A stretch of 64,000 nt of DNA from the NCBI GenBank assembly GCA_041645075.1, contig JBAZQS010000001.1:9147-73146 (forward strand). Reading direction: 5' to 3'. The position numbers were made by a program, and so were the translations under genes. Below the pieces are notes generated by a model that saw only the letters and a list, made by a program, of their open reading frames with translations, was not told where the DNA came from and searched no databases. Positions 1 to 8,004 of the stretch are shown here, piece by piece (position 1 is the stretch's first letter; every line of letters starts with the position of its first letter). This DNA is from Patescibacteria group bacterium. Lineage in GTDB: Bacteria > Patescibacteriota > Patescibacteriia > 2-01-FULL-39-33.

Positions 1-22
1 GCGCGTCTAAGATTAAAAATAT

Positions 23-96
23 GGATCGGTAGCTCAATTGGTTAGAGCGCTGCCCTGTCACGGCAGAGGTCGCGGGTTCAAGTCCCGTCCGGTCCG
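23..96 (+). tRNA. tRNA-Asp (anticodon GTC)
   Basis: Read by eye. Acceptor ggatcgg/ccggtcc (one G-U pair), D-arm gctc...gagc, anticodon stem ctgcc/ggcag with loop ctGTCac, T-arm gcggg-ttcaagt-cccgt, discriminator g. CCA is not encoded. Confidence 0.85.
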
Positions 97-103
97 CGGA
101 CTT

Positions 104-140
104 AAAACAAAAACAGGATTTTAATCCTGTTTTTGTTTTA
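104..140 (+). terminator. Rho-independent terminator after tRNA-Asp
   Basis: Hairpin aaaacaaaaacagga-ttttaa-tcctgtttttgtttt followed by a T-run. Confidence 0.6.
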
Positions 141-305
141 TAATCTGCTGTGCAGATTGGGACTTGAACGGGCAGAAGCGAGACAAATTTTGCGCTGGAT
201 TTTGCCAGCGCAAAATACTGGCGAGCGTAGACAAATGCGACCATAGGAGCATTTGGCTACGCCCAGGGCGAAGAAGCTTGAGCGGAAGCGAGAGCGATGA
301 GAAAT

Positions 306-360
306 GTCCCGTCCGGTCCGAATTCACGAAAACAGAGTTTGATCTCTGTTTTTTGTTTTA
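306..360 (+). repeat. Direct repeat of the tRNA-Asp 3' end (15 nt, 306-320) plus a terminator-like hairpin resembling the one at 104-140
   Basis: gtcccgtccggtccg at 82-96 is identical at 306-320. The hairpin gaaaacagag-tttgat-ctctgttttttgtttta at 328-360 parallels the one at 104-140. Confidence 0.7.
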
Positions 361-422
361 TTTTAAGGTGTATCGGTTGTATTATTCGTATCAATATGAT
401 ACGATTAAGTAGTATAAATGAT

Positions 423-1490
423 ATGAACAAAAGTATGGCCAAAGTAGATAAAAAACAACAAACAATCATTAATCTCATATTGGATGGGGCTGTTTTGTCA
501 TCTTCAAAAATACACCAAAAGATGACAAAAGCAGGAGAAGATGTCTCTCTAATAACAGTCAAAAGAATTTTAACTCAGATGGTTAATGCTGGCCTGCTGG
601 ATAAAAGCGGCGCTGGACGCACGACTATTTATGCGGTAGGCATTAAAGGAAGAATATTATCTGACGTTAAAGCTAAAGAATATTGCAGCGTTGAGCCGGA
701 TAAGCGCACAGGATTAAAAGGACATAATTTTGGATTATTTAAAAATATTCCGGAAGATATTTTCAGTCAGGAAGAATTAAAAATTTTAAATGAAGCCACC
801 GCTCGATACCATCAACGAACTAAAGATTTATCCTCGGTTATTGAAAAAAAGGAATTAGAGCGTTTGATTATTGAGTTGTCTTGGAAATCGTCCAAAATCG
901 AAGGGAATACCTATACCTTGCTTGATACAGAAAAATTGATTTTAGAGAATAAGGAAGCGCCCGGGCACGACCCAAAAGAAGCGCGGATGATTTTAAACCA
1001 TAAAGAGGCCTTTAATTATGTCCGTGAACACGCCGATAAATTTAAAACTTTGACTCGTAAAAATTTAGAAGAGCTGCACTCGATTTTAGTTAAAGGTTTG
1101 AGTGTGGAATTGGGACTGCGAAAAAGGCCGGTGGGTGTTTTGGGTTCGATTTATCGACCACTTGATAATGCCCAGCAAATTTTTGAAGCCGTGGAAGCTT
1201 TAGGCGGGGCGATAATAAAAATGACGGATCCCTATGCCAAGGCGTTAATTGCTATTTTAGGCCTGAGCTATATTCAACCGTTTGAGGATGGCAATAAAAG
1301 AACATCGCGTCTTTTGGCTAACGCCACGCTTTTGGCGTATGGCTGTGCTCCTCTTTCATACCGCAGTGTTGATGAAAACGATTATCGTGAAGCGATTTTG
1401 GTTTTTTATGAGCTCAATTCCGTTATGCCGTTTAAGAAAATATTCATTTCGCAGTATGAATTTGCGGCTAATAATTATGCGGTGAAATAG
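423..1490 (+). CDS. Fic/Doc family protein with N-terminal winged-HTH; degenerate catalytic motif (QPFEDGNKRTSR in place of HPFx[DE]GNGRxxR)
   Basis: ORF 297..1490. The N-terminal extension overlaps the tRNA repeat and hairpin, so the start is more likely M at 396, 423 or 435. Inhibitory-helix-type motif SSKIEGN is present; the Fic core motif lacks the His and has GNKR. Confidence 0.75.
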   Translation: MNKSMAKVDKKQQTIINLILDGAVLSSSKIHQKMTKAGEDVSLITVKRILTQMVNAGLLDKSGAGRTTIYAVGIKGRILSDVKAKEYCSVEPDKRTGLKGHNFGLFKNIPEDIFSQEELKILNEATARYHQRTKDLSSVIEKKELERLIIELSWKSSKIEGNTYTLLDTEKLILENKEAPGHDPKEARMILNHKEAFNYVREHADKFKTLTRKNLEELHSILVKGLSVELGLRKRPVGVLGSIYRPLDNAQQIFEAVEALGGAIIKMTDPYAKALIAILGLSYIQPFEDGNKRTSRLLANATLLAYGCAPLSYRSVDENDYREAILVFYELNSVMPFKKIFISQYEFAANNYAVK

Positions 1491-1511
1491 CGGGTTTTTT
1501 GATATAAAAAG

Positions 1512-1538
1512 AACCAGAAATGAGATTTTCTGGTTCCA
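1512..1538. terminator. Bidirectional terminator hairpin between convergent genes
   Basis: aaccagaaa-tgagatt-ttctggtt flanked by a T-run and an A-run. Confidence 0.55.
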
Positions 1539-1554
1539 GGTAGAAAGGATAAAA

Positions 1555-1788
1555 TTAGATTTGATAATCTGCCTTATCATCTTTCATCCAGCCGATTGGG
1601 ATTTTGTTCCAAATGCGTTCATGAAAATAGTACAAAACAATTTTTGTGAAAATTTCTACCAGACCAATCGTGAGGGCGAGTTTTACGCGGCCGGTGACAA
1701 AAAATGAAATTACCATAGTGTCTAAGGTGCCGGTCAGCCGCCAAGATATGGCTTTGACAATGCTCCGCCAATGTCTTTCTTTGATCAT
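1555..1788 (-). CDS. Small membrane protein, DUF2061-like
   Basis: 77 aa with two hydrophobic helices and motifs SWRLTGT...YYFHERIW typical of DUF2061. Recalled family; not searched. Confidence 0.55.
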   Translation of the reverse strand: MIKERHWRSIVKAISWRLTGTLDTMVISFFVTGRVKLALTIGLVEIFTKIVLYYFHERIWNKIPIGWMKDDKADYQI

Positions 1789-1967
1789 CGCGTCTAAATC
1801 CTCTCTATTGGGAATTATTATACTTACTTGTTTGTCAGTATTTGACCATAAGATAGCACGCCGGTATGCTTTTGTAAAGAAGTGAATTTAAGCCATGGCT
1901 TAAAATAAAAATCCCCCGTCCCAATGTCACATGGGGGCGGGGGTGATTTGTTTAAATGAAGTCCTTT

Positions 1968-2789
1968 TTAGGGCTTAGCCGATGAAAGGGGACCGGAAGT
2001 TTCGTCTTGGATTGAGAGCGCTGGCTTTGGCCCAAAGTCCATAAATTGGTCGGTATCGCCTATCGCCCAATCTTTGGTCGAAATCTGATAGTTGCCTTCC
2101 TCAAGTATTTTTATGGTTTGGTCAATCTGATTAAAGTCAATTTGCATTGCCGCTGATAATCTATCATTTAATTCTTTAACCCTATTGCCAACCGCCTCGG
2201 GAGTCAGTTGGCGCATTTGCGTTTCATCATAGAAGTTGAGCAGGGTCTGGTTTTTTTCCGTGAGCCCTTTTTTAATGGCCGAGCTCCTGGCGACAATCTC
2301 TTTAAGATAATACCTGCGGTTTACGGTTCTAAGGCAGGCCGGGTCGCTTGGGGGCCGGCCGGCTTTTCTCATTTCCGCGTAGGCCTTTATCTCAAATGAT
2401 TCGTTGTGGCGCCATTGCTCGAGCCGGGTTTCGTTGTTTTGAAAATTGATTCGGTTCTGGCGCAACTCGTCAGCAATATTTTTAAGACCGGGTGGTAAAT
2501 TATTAATCGGTGATATTTCAATACCATAACCTGATTCAATGCCCTGGCCTAAATCATTAGGTAGGGGAATATAATTGGCGGAGGTGATTTTGGCGTGTTG
2601 GCCCCAGAATTTTTTCGGCCTAAAGTGCTGCCAGGTGGCCAAGCTGGCGGTGGCGATCAGGGCGATTATCGTTATGGTCATCTTGATGGAAGTTCTCGAC
2701 GGCAACTGCGGTTCCGGTGGCGATGTTACCGGTAACCCCTCGCACATGGCCGGCGGTGGCGGCGGTTCCTCACCATTTAACTGTTTCAT
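1968..2789 (-). CDS. Mosaic-family membrane/secreted protein D (Pro-rich N-terminus, TM, KFWG motif shared with the 4989..6263 protein)
   Basis: 273-aa ORF. N-terminal EEPPPPP...TM...RPKKFWGQHAKITS parallels PKCKFWGKQAASAT in the 4989..6263 protein. Alternative start at M near 2683. Confidence 0.6.
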   Translation of the reverse strand: MKQLNGEEPPPPPAMCEGLPVTSPPEPQLPSRTSIKMTITIIALIATASLATWQHFRPKKFWGQHAKITSANYIPLPNDLGQGIESGYGIEISPINNLPPGLKNIADELRQNRINFQNNETRLEQWRHNESFEIKAYAEMRKAGRPPSDPACLRTVNRRYYLKEIVARSSAIKKGLTEKNQTLLNFYDETQMRQLTPEAVGNRVKELNDRLSAAMQIDFNQIDQTIKILEEGNYQISTKDWAIGDTDQFMDFGPKPALSIQDETSGPLSSAKP

Positions 2790-2924
2790 TGGCTTTCTCC
2801 CTTTTTAATTTGTTTCAAATGGCAACTATTATTTAGGTTTTTAAGGTGCTGATTATTAGTTTATATATATAACAAAAAAGATTTTTTGTCAAATTCAGAT
2901 TTTATTTATTTTAGCAAAAAATTT

Positions 2925-2952
2925 CCCCGCGCGCTTTTATGAGTTTGCGGGG
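2925..2952. terminator. Terminator hairpin downstream of gene 2997..3815
   Basis: ccccgcgcgc-ttttatgagttt-gcgggg. Confidence 0.5.
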
Positions 2953-2996
2953 AAATAGATTATTTTTGCCGGCAGATTTTATTGTTGCCGGCCCGG

Positions 2997-3815
2997 TCAT
3001 TCTTTGGCCGCTATTTTTCCTCGGAGTTTGTCCAAAATCGGTTGAAGAGCAATTTTTAGCTTCTCCCGCTCTTCCTGGCTCATTTGGAAAAATTCTGATT
3101 TGGTTCGGTTTAAAAGAGCGTTGTTTGGAATTGGCAATCCCAGAACGCGATAGTAAATTCCCTGCGGTTCGGGCCGTTCCAAGTCAAACCAAGAGACCAG
3201 ATTATTTTTATCCAACATCGCGGGAAAAGTATTGGCTGGCGGCGTCATTGGTTCCTGGGAAAGAATATCAATTGTCCTTGCCAGTTCGCTGATTAGAAAT
3301 TGTTTTTTCTTGTCTACCGGTGGATTGATGGCGACAGGAACTGGCGTGGATAATGGGTCCGGTTGAGTGGCGACGGTTTTTTTAGGAGCGGGAGTTGGAG
3401 TTGGAGCGGCGAATATTTTTGCCGCCGGTTCCGTTGATTGAGGCGGCCTAAAAAAATCAACTTGGGGCGCTTTGTTTTCTTGAAAGCCGTAGTTATTGCT
3501 TGAGCCGTTCCAGTTATAGCCGTTCCAGCCCTCGCCATAGCCGGTTCTATTTCGGGAAATTTTGACGATGGCTTCAGTGGCCAAATCTCTGGCTTCGGGG
3601 TCTTTAATGGTGGCGGCCGAGAGAATGCCAGCGGTTTCATCTAAATGGCCGCCATAGCGCATCGCCACCTGGCCGGAATCCACTCGGCCGGCCGGGTCGC
3701 CATACTTCAATGTTTCGGCCGGAGAATGAAACCGGCTCGCGCTGGTCTGAAATTGGTTGTCTGTTTGGGCGCAGGCAGCCAAAAAAAACAAGCCGACAAA
3801 CACCGAGAATTTCAT
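2997..3815 (-). CDS. Lipoprotein, mosaic family member A (C-terminal ~110-aa domain shared with the 4228..4785 ORF)
   Basis: Signal peptide with lipobox FFLAAC. P/T-rich linker. C-terminal region QFLISELARTIDILSQEPM...EFFQMSQEEREKLKIALQP is near-identical to the 4228..4785 ORF. Confidence 0.7.
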   Translation of the reverse strand: MKFSVFVGLFFLAACAQTDNQFQTSASRFHSPAETLKYGDPAGRVDSGQVAMRYGGHLDETAGILSAATIKDPEARDLATEAIVKISRNRTGYGEGWNGYNWNGSSNNYGFQENKAPQVDFFRPPQSTEPAAKIFAAPTPTPAPKKTVATQPDPLSTPVPVAINPPVDKKKQFLISELARTIDILSQEPMTPPANTFPAMLDKNNLVSWFDLERPEPQGIYYRVLGLPIPNNALLNRTKSEFFQMSQEEREKLKIALQPILDKLRGKIAAKE

Positions 3816-3971
3816 TTTTGGATACCTCCATTTTTCAAATAAATAGATTTCTTGCCTCTTGGTTAATTTTATTAAGGTGCTGACTGATGATTGTTAACTT
3901 AATTTTATTATAGTTATAGAAATTTGTAAATGGTTTTGAGGTATATGTTTTGGTGTATAAATAAAAAAATC

Positions 3972-4002
3972 CCCCGTAAAGTTTTTAGTGAACTTTACGG
4001 GG
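3972..4002. terminator. Conserved terminator hairpin (copy 1)
   Basis: ccccgtaaagtt-tttagtg-aactttacgggg. A near-identical copy lies at 4925..4956. Confidence 0.6.
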
Positions 4003-4033
4003 TATTTATTGGCGTAGTTTTGATTTGCCTGCT

Positions 4034-4785
4034 CTATTCGCTGGGCGTCTCAATAACCTCATCATCAACGGCCGGAGGAGCGGGAGCAGGTATAATTAGG
4101 CGGGTGCAGGTCTTTCGGCGCTTTCTTGGGGCTTCCAAAGCGGCCGACGGTTTTAAGACGATTGACCGCTCTGTTGTAATACTCCTCTTTGGCGTCTTCT
4201 TCATCGCGCATCTGGCGTAACCCGCCGTTAATGTCGCTTTTCCCACTCTTCGCATATCTTGCGTAACCCGTCGTTAAGTTGCTTTTTCCACTCTTCGTGA
4301 GCGGTTAAGCGTTTTTCTGCCAGCGATTTTTTTGGCAGTTGCTGTTGTAAATTTTTCAAAACCGGCTGGAGGGCAATTTTCAGTTTCTCCCGCTCTTCCT
4401 GGCTCATTTGGAAAAATTCTGATTTGGTGCGACTAAGCAAGGACTGATTTTGAATCGGCAGGCCCAGAACGCGGTAGTAAATTCCCTGCGGTTCGGGCCG
4501 TTCCAAGTCAAACCAAGAGACCAGCTTATTTTTATCCAACATCGCGGGAAAGGCATTGGGCGGCGGCACCATTGGTTCTTGGGAAAGAATATCAATGGTT
4601 CTTGCCAGTTCGTTGATTAGAAATTGCGTCTGCTTTTCCGAGAGATGGCCAATCGCAGTAGTCGTGGTTGTGGTTAAAGTCGCTTTTTTTGCGGCTGATT
4701 TTTTTTGTTGAGCCAAGGCATTGGCGCTAAACAAAAAAATGATAACTAAAAACATCACAACTTGTCTCATTTTAATTTCCTCCAC
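4034..4785 (-). pseudogene. Mosaic family member B, frame-disrupted (signal peptide + shared domain X + Y-tail)
   Basis: ORFs 4228..4785 and 4034..4255 are the same gene in different frames. A 46-bp tandem duplication (4215-4260 / 4261-~4300) and a 2-nt deletion near 4085 relative to paralog C break the frame. The conceptual repaired C-terminus matches ...YYGKAIKRLKTVGRFGSPKK...PAPPTVDDEVIEAPSE of 4989..6263. Confidence 0.6.
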
Positions 4786-4924
4786 CTTTTCAAATTTTTT
4801 TAATGCCGAGTTTATGTTTTATTAAGGTGCCAATTTATTATTTATAGGATATAACAAAAAATAGCTTATGTCAAACCAAGTTTGCGCGCGTGCCTAAAAC
4901 AGAGATATTTTTAGTAAAAAAAGT

Positions 4925-4956
4925 CCCCGTAAAGTTCTTGGTGAACTTTACGGGGG
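4925..4956. terminator. Conserved terminator hairpin (copy 2)
   Basis: ccccgtaaagtt-cttggtg-aactttacggggg. Confidence 0.6.
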
Positions 4957-4988
4957 TATTTGTTGGCGTGGCTCTGATTCCGTCTGCT

Positions 4989-6263
4989 TTATTCGCTGGG
5001 CGCCTCAATAACTTCGTCATCAACGGTCGGAGGAGCGGGAGGAGCAGGCACATTGGGCGGGTACAGGTCTTTCAGCGCCTTTTTGGGGCTACCGAAACGG
5101 CCAACGGTTTTAAGGCGTTTGATTGCCTTGCCGTAATACTCCTGTTTAGCCTTTGTTTCTTCGCGCCTCTGACGTAACGCGCCGTCAAGTTCCTTTTCCC
5201 ATTTTTCGTGAGCGATTAAGCGTTTTTCATGATCAGTCAACTGGCTCTCGATTGGCTTGAGCCGTTCGTTGAGTTGCGCGGGTTGGACGGCGGTCCTGGT
5301 TTTGTCCAGGTTATTCCTCTTGGCGGCTAACTCCTCCTTTAGGTTGCCGTCATGCAGAGCTTTTTCGGCCTCGTCCTCGGTCTTGCCATCGGCGATGAGC
5401 TCGACCTTGTCACGAGCATCCAACCCCGCTTTTACCCGTTTGACTTCCGCCCTCACTTGTTTGACTTCCGTCGCCAGTCCATCAAGCGTAATTATTGTCG
5501 TGATGGTGGTGCCGGCGGAAGCAGTGGTCGCACCCTTTTTCTGTGAGGCGGTGACCAACCCGGTCTTCTTGTCCTTGGCTGGCGTTTCCGATTTGGCAGC
5601 GAGCGAAGCTGAGGTTTGAGCGGCCATAACGGCGGTGGCGAGCTTGGCCGGGAGTTCGGCGATTTCCTTCTGGATATCGCCTTGACCCATAGCAATGTCG
5701 ATGAGCTGTTCGACCTGCTCCTTCCTCAAAGGGATGCCGTTTTCCATCATGGACTTACCTAATCCCTGGATGGCCTCGACGATGTCCTTGTTCGCGTTCG
5801 TCGTGGTCGCATGAGCGGTCGTTGTGGCCGTCGCGGAGGCGGCCTGTTTGCCCCAGAATTTGCATTTCGGCCAGGTAAAGTACCCATAGAGAAAACCGGC
5901 GATGGCGACCAGGACGATCATCGTCCAGACGATTTTGCCGAAAGTTCGTGGCGCCGGTGCCGGTTGCGGCGATGGCCGAAACTCAACTCGTGCCGACCGG
6001 GGCCGCCCAAGGGATGGCGCCGGTTGTGCCGTCGATTGCGGTGGCAACTCTTCTTGTGGCGGCGGCACTGCGTGCGACCGACCGGTCTGCGGCGGCGCCT
6101 CGTCTAAAGGCGGCAGCCGAATCTCCTCGTCCAAGGGCGGTTGAGGATTCGGGTTCGGTCCCTGGTCCTCGTGTTCCGGCGGCAGAGTCGGCTGGAGCGA
6201 TTCGGGCGGTGGCGGTTGATTGGCCCGCGGCCGCGATTGATTTTCCCTCTTTGGCTTTGGCAT
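4989..6263 (-). CDS. Mosaic family member C: Pro-rich cytoplasmic N-terminus, single TM, T/A-rich spacer, coiled-coil, conserved Y-tail
   Basis: 424-aa ORF. Architecture: PPPP/PQP low-complexity N-terminus, TM IVWTMIVLVAIAGFLYGYF, ATATTTAHATTT, long charged coiled-coil region. The C-terminus is shared with pseudogene B. Confidence 0.65.
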   Translation of the reverse strand: MPKPKRENQSRPRANQPPPPESLQPTLPPEHEDQGPNPNPQPPLDEEIRLPPLDEAPPQTGRSHAVPPPQEELPPQSTAQPAPSLGRPRSARVEFRPSPQPAPAPRTFGKIVWTMIVLVAIAGFLYGYFTWPKCKFWGKQAASATATTTAHATTTNANKDIVEAIQGLGKSMMENGIPLRKEQVEQLIDIAMGQGDIQKEIAELPAKLATAVMAAQTSASLAAKSETPAKDKKTGLVTASQKKGATTASAGTTITTIITLDGLATEVKQVRAEVKRVKAGLDARDKVELIADGKTEDEAEKALHDGNLKEELAAKRNNLDKTRTAVQPAQLNERLKPIESQLTDHEKRLIAHEKWEKELDGALRQRREETKAKQEYYGKAIKRLKTVGRFGSPKKALKDLYPPNVPAPPAPPTVDDEVIEAPSE

Positions 6264-6436
6264 AATTATGCCCTCCTTTTTCCTTTCAAATTTTAAAATT
6301 GGTTTTAAAGGTTCGGTTTTTTGACTCTTTTTATATGACTAAGGTCCTTTGTTATCGGACTTATCATTGTATCATATAATCATAATTTTGTCAATAGATT
6401 TAATGAGAGTTAATGAATTTTTTGTTTATTTTATTA

Positions 6437-6466
6437 AAAAAACCGCTAAATTTAGCGTTTTTTTAT
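6437..6466. terminator. Bidirectional terminator downstream of rplT
   Basis: aaaaaaaccgctaaatttagcgttttttt palindrome with flanking A-run and T-run. Confidence 0.55.
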
Positions 6467-6495
6467 CAAGAATTATTCAGGAATTATTGAGAAAT

Positions 6496-6840
6496 TTACT
6501 TAATTTTTTCTATTATTTTAGCAAAAATAATTGGTTGTTTCTGGGCGATTTCGGCTAAGACCTTTCGGTCTAATTCTATCTTGGCCTTCTTTAAACCGCC
6601 GATAAATTTACTATAAGAAAGGCCGTGTTCCCTGACCGCGGCATTAAGCTGGATTTGCCATAATTGTCTGGCCGTTCTTTTTTTTGTCCGGCGGTCTCGG
6701 TAAGCATAAACGCCGGCCTTGGTAACGGCGGTCTTGGCTAATTTGATTAATTTTTTTCGGCCCCATTTATAACCCTTGGCTTGTTTTAAGATATTCCGGC
6801 GGTTTTTGGCATGGGTCATTCCTCGTTTTACTCTCGGCAT
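6496..6840 (-). CDS. rplT: 50S ribosomal protein L20
   Basis: 114 aa, MPRVKRGMTHAKNRRNILKQAKGY... a canonical L20 N-terminus. Confidence 0.92.
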   Translation of the reverse strand: MPRVKRGMTHAKNRRNILKQAKGYKWGRKKLIKLAKTAVTKAGVYAYRDRRTKKRTARQLWQIQLNAAVREHGLSYSKFIGGLKKAKIELDRKVLAEIAQKQPIIFAKIIEKIK

Positions 6841-6910
6841 ATTTTTTAAATCTTTAAATTATTATATTGTTTATATTATTAAACCACTAGACCCGATGGA
6901 TATTTATATA

Positions 6911-7087
6911 ATTTTCAATTTTAGAATTTTGAATTTTGAAATAATGATTTAATGTCATCGCGAGCGAAGCCCGAGCGTCAGGAGGGCGAAGCGTGGCGAT
7001 TTTATTGCAGTTAGATTGCTTCGTCGCCGATTACGGCTTCTCGCAATGACAATTTCAAAATTATTTCAAAATTCAAAATTTTTAATT
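6911..7087. repeat. Long imperfect inverted repeat / nested hairpin element (~175 bp) in the rpmI-rplT spacer
   Basis: Left arm ttttgaattttgaaataatgatttaatgtcatcgcgagcgaagcc and right arm ggcttctcgcaatgacaatttcaaaattatttcaaaattcaaaa are reverse complements. The GC-rich core has its own inner hairpin (ggcgaagc...gcttcgtcgcc). Confidence 0.6.
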
Positions 7088-7279
7088 ATAAGGCATTGAT
7101 TGTCTGATGGTTTTTCGGTCTGACTTGGCGATTTGGACGTCGCGCCTTTTATGGCGCTTGGTCTTGCCCGACTCGCGGGCGTTAAAATGGTCTTGGCCGG
7201 CCATTCTTTTTATTATTTTTTTCTTTTTGGTTATTTTGAATCTTTTAGCAACCGCTTGCCGGGTTTTTATTTTTGGCAT
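7082..7279 (-). CDS. rpmI: 50S ribosomal protein L35
   Basis: 65 aa, MPKIKTRQAVAKRFKITKKKKIIKR... Confidence 0.9.
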   Translation of the reverse strand: MPKIKTRQAVAKRFKITKKKKIIKRMAGQDHFNARESGKTKRHKRRDVQIAKSDRKTIRQSMPYN

Positions 7280-7299
7280 GTTTTTAATTTATAAGTTTA

Positions 7300-7360
7300 T
7301 AAGTTACTAAGTTTATAAGTTTTTTCCCCTTAGCGACTCACCAACTTATAAACTTAGTAA
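7300..7360. repeat. Perfect 20-bp inverted repeat hairpin between infC and rpmI
   Basis: agttactaagtttataagtt ... aacttataaacttagtaact with a 20-nt loop. Possible intercistronic regulatory or processing structure. Confidence 0.55.
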
Positions 7361-7367
7361 CTGAATT

Positions 7368-7925
7368 TTAATAGGAAATAATCGCGGAAAATTTATTGCC
7401 CAATTGTTTTAATTCCTGCTCTATTTTTAAAATTTTATTTTCTGATTTTATCTGGATTTCATTGATGGTCCGGCGAATGGTTTCCCGGGCCAAATCCGCA
7501 TGCTGGTTTTCCCGGCCTCTTAATTGGATTTCTATTTTAACCTTGTCGCCGCCTTTTAAAAATTTAATCGCTTGCTCAATCCTAAATGCCATATCATGCT
7601 GGCCGATTCTGGTTGAGAGCTTAATGGTTTTTATTTCAATGGTTTTTTGCTTGGCTTTGGCTTTTCTTTCCATTTTTTCGCGCTGATATTTGAAACTGCC
7701 GTAATTCATAAATTTGGCGATTGGCGTTTCCGCTTTGGGCGAAACCTCAACCAAGTCCAAGCCCCTGGCCTGCGCTTCGGCCAAGGCCCGCTCTTTGGGC
7801 ATTGGGCCGAGATTTTGGCCGTTTTCATCAATAATAATCAGCTCGCGGGTAAAAATTTTTTCATTGATTCGGAATTCTTTGAAAGATTCTTTTTGGAAAT
7901 TTTTTCCTTTGAAGGATTTTCTCAT
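7368..7925 (-). CDS. infC: Translation initiation factor IF-3
   Basis: 185 aa. IF-3 N- and C-domain sequence (ELIIIDENGQNLG...LVEVSP...KFMNYGSFKYQ). Operon order infC-rpmI-rplT. Confidence 0.9.
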   Translation of the reverse strand: MRKSFKGKNFQKESFKEFRINEKIFTRELIIIDENGQNLGPMPKERALAEAQARGLDLVEVSPKAETPIAKFMNYGSFKYQREKMERKAKAKQKTIEIKTIKLSTRIGQHDMAFRIEQAIKFLKGGDKVKIEIQLRGRENQHADLARETIRRTINEIQIKSENKILKIEQELKQLGNKFSAIISY

Positions 7926-8004
7926 TAAAATTGTTTATTTAATTTATTCATCTATATTATTTAATTATACTACAGGCCATTAGCGATTAGCCATAGGCCA
8001 TTAG

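Noticed and set aside
297-422. N-terminal 40 codons of ORF 297..1490 (MRNVPSGPNSRKQ...)
   Set aside because: This part overlaps the tRNA 3'-end repeat and terminator hairpin. The Fic protein more plausibly starts at an internal Met (396-435).
3930-5177. Plus-strand ORFs 3930..4220 (96 aa) and 4890..5177 (95 aa), which are paralogous to each other
   Set aside because: They are antisense shadows of the duplicated C-terminal segments of the minus-strand family genes. Their homology is a consequence of the DNA duplication, not evidence of coding.
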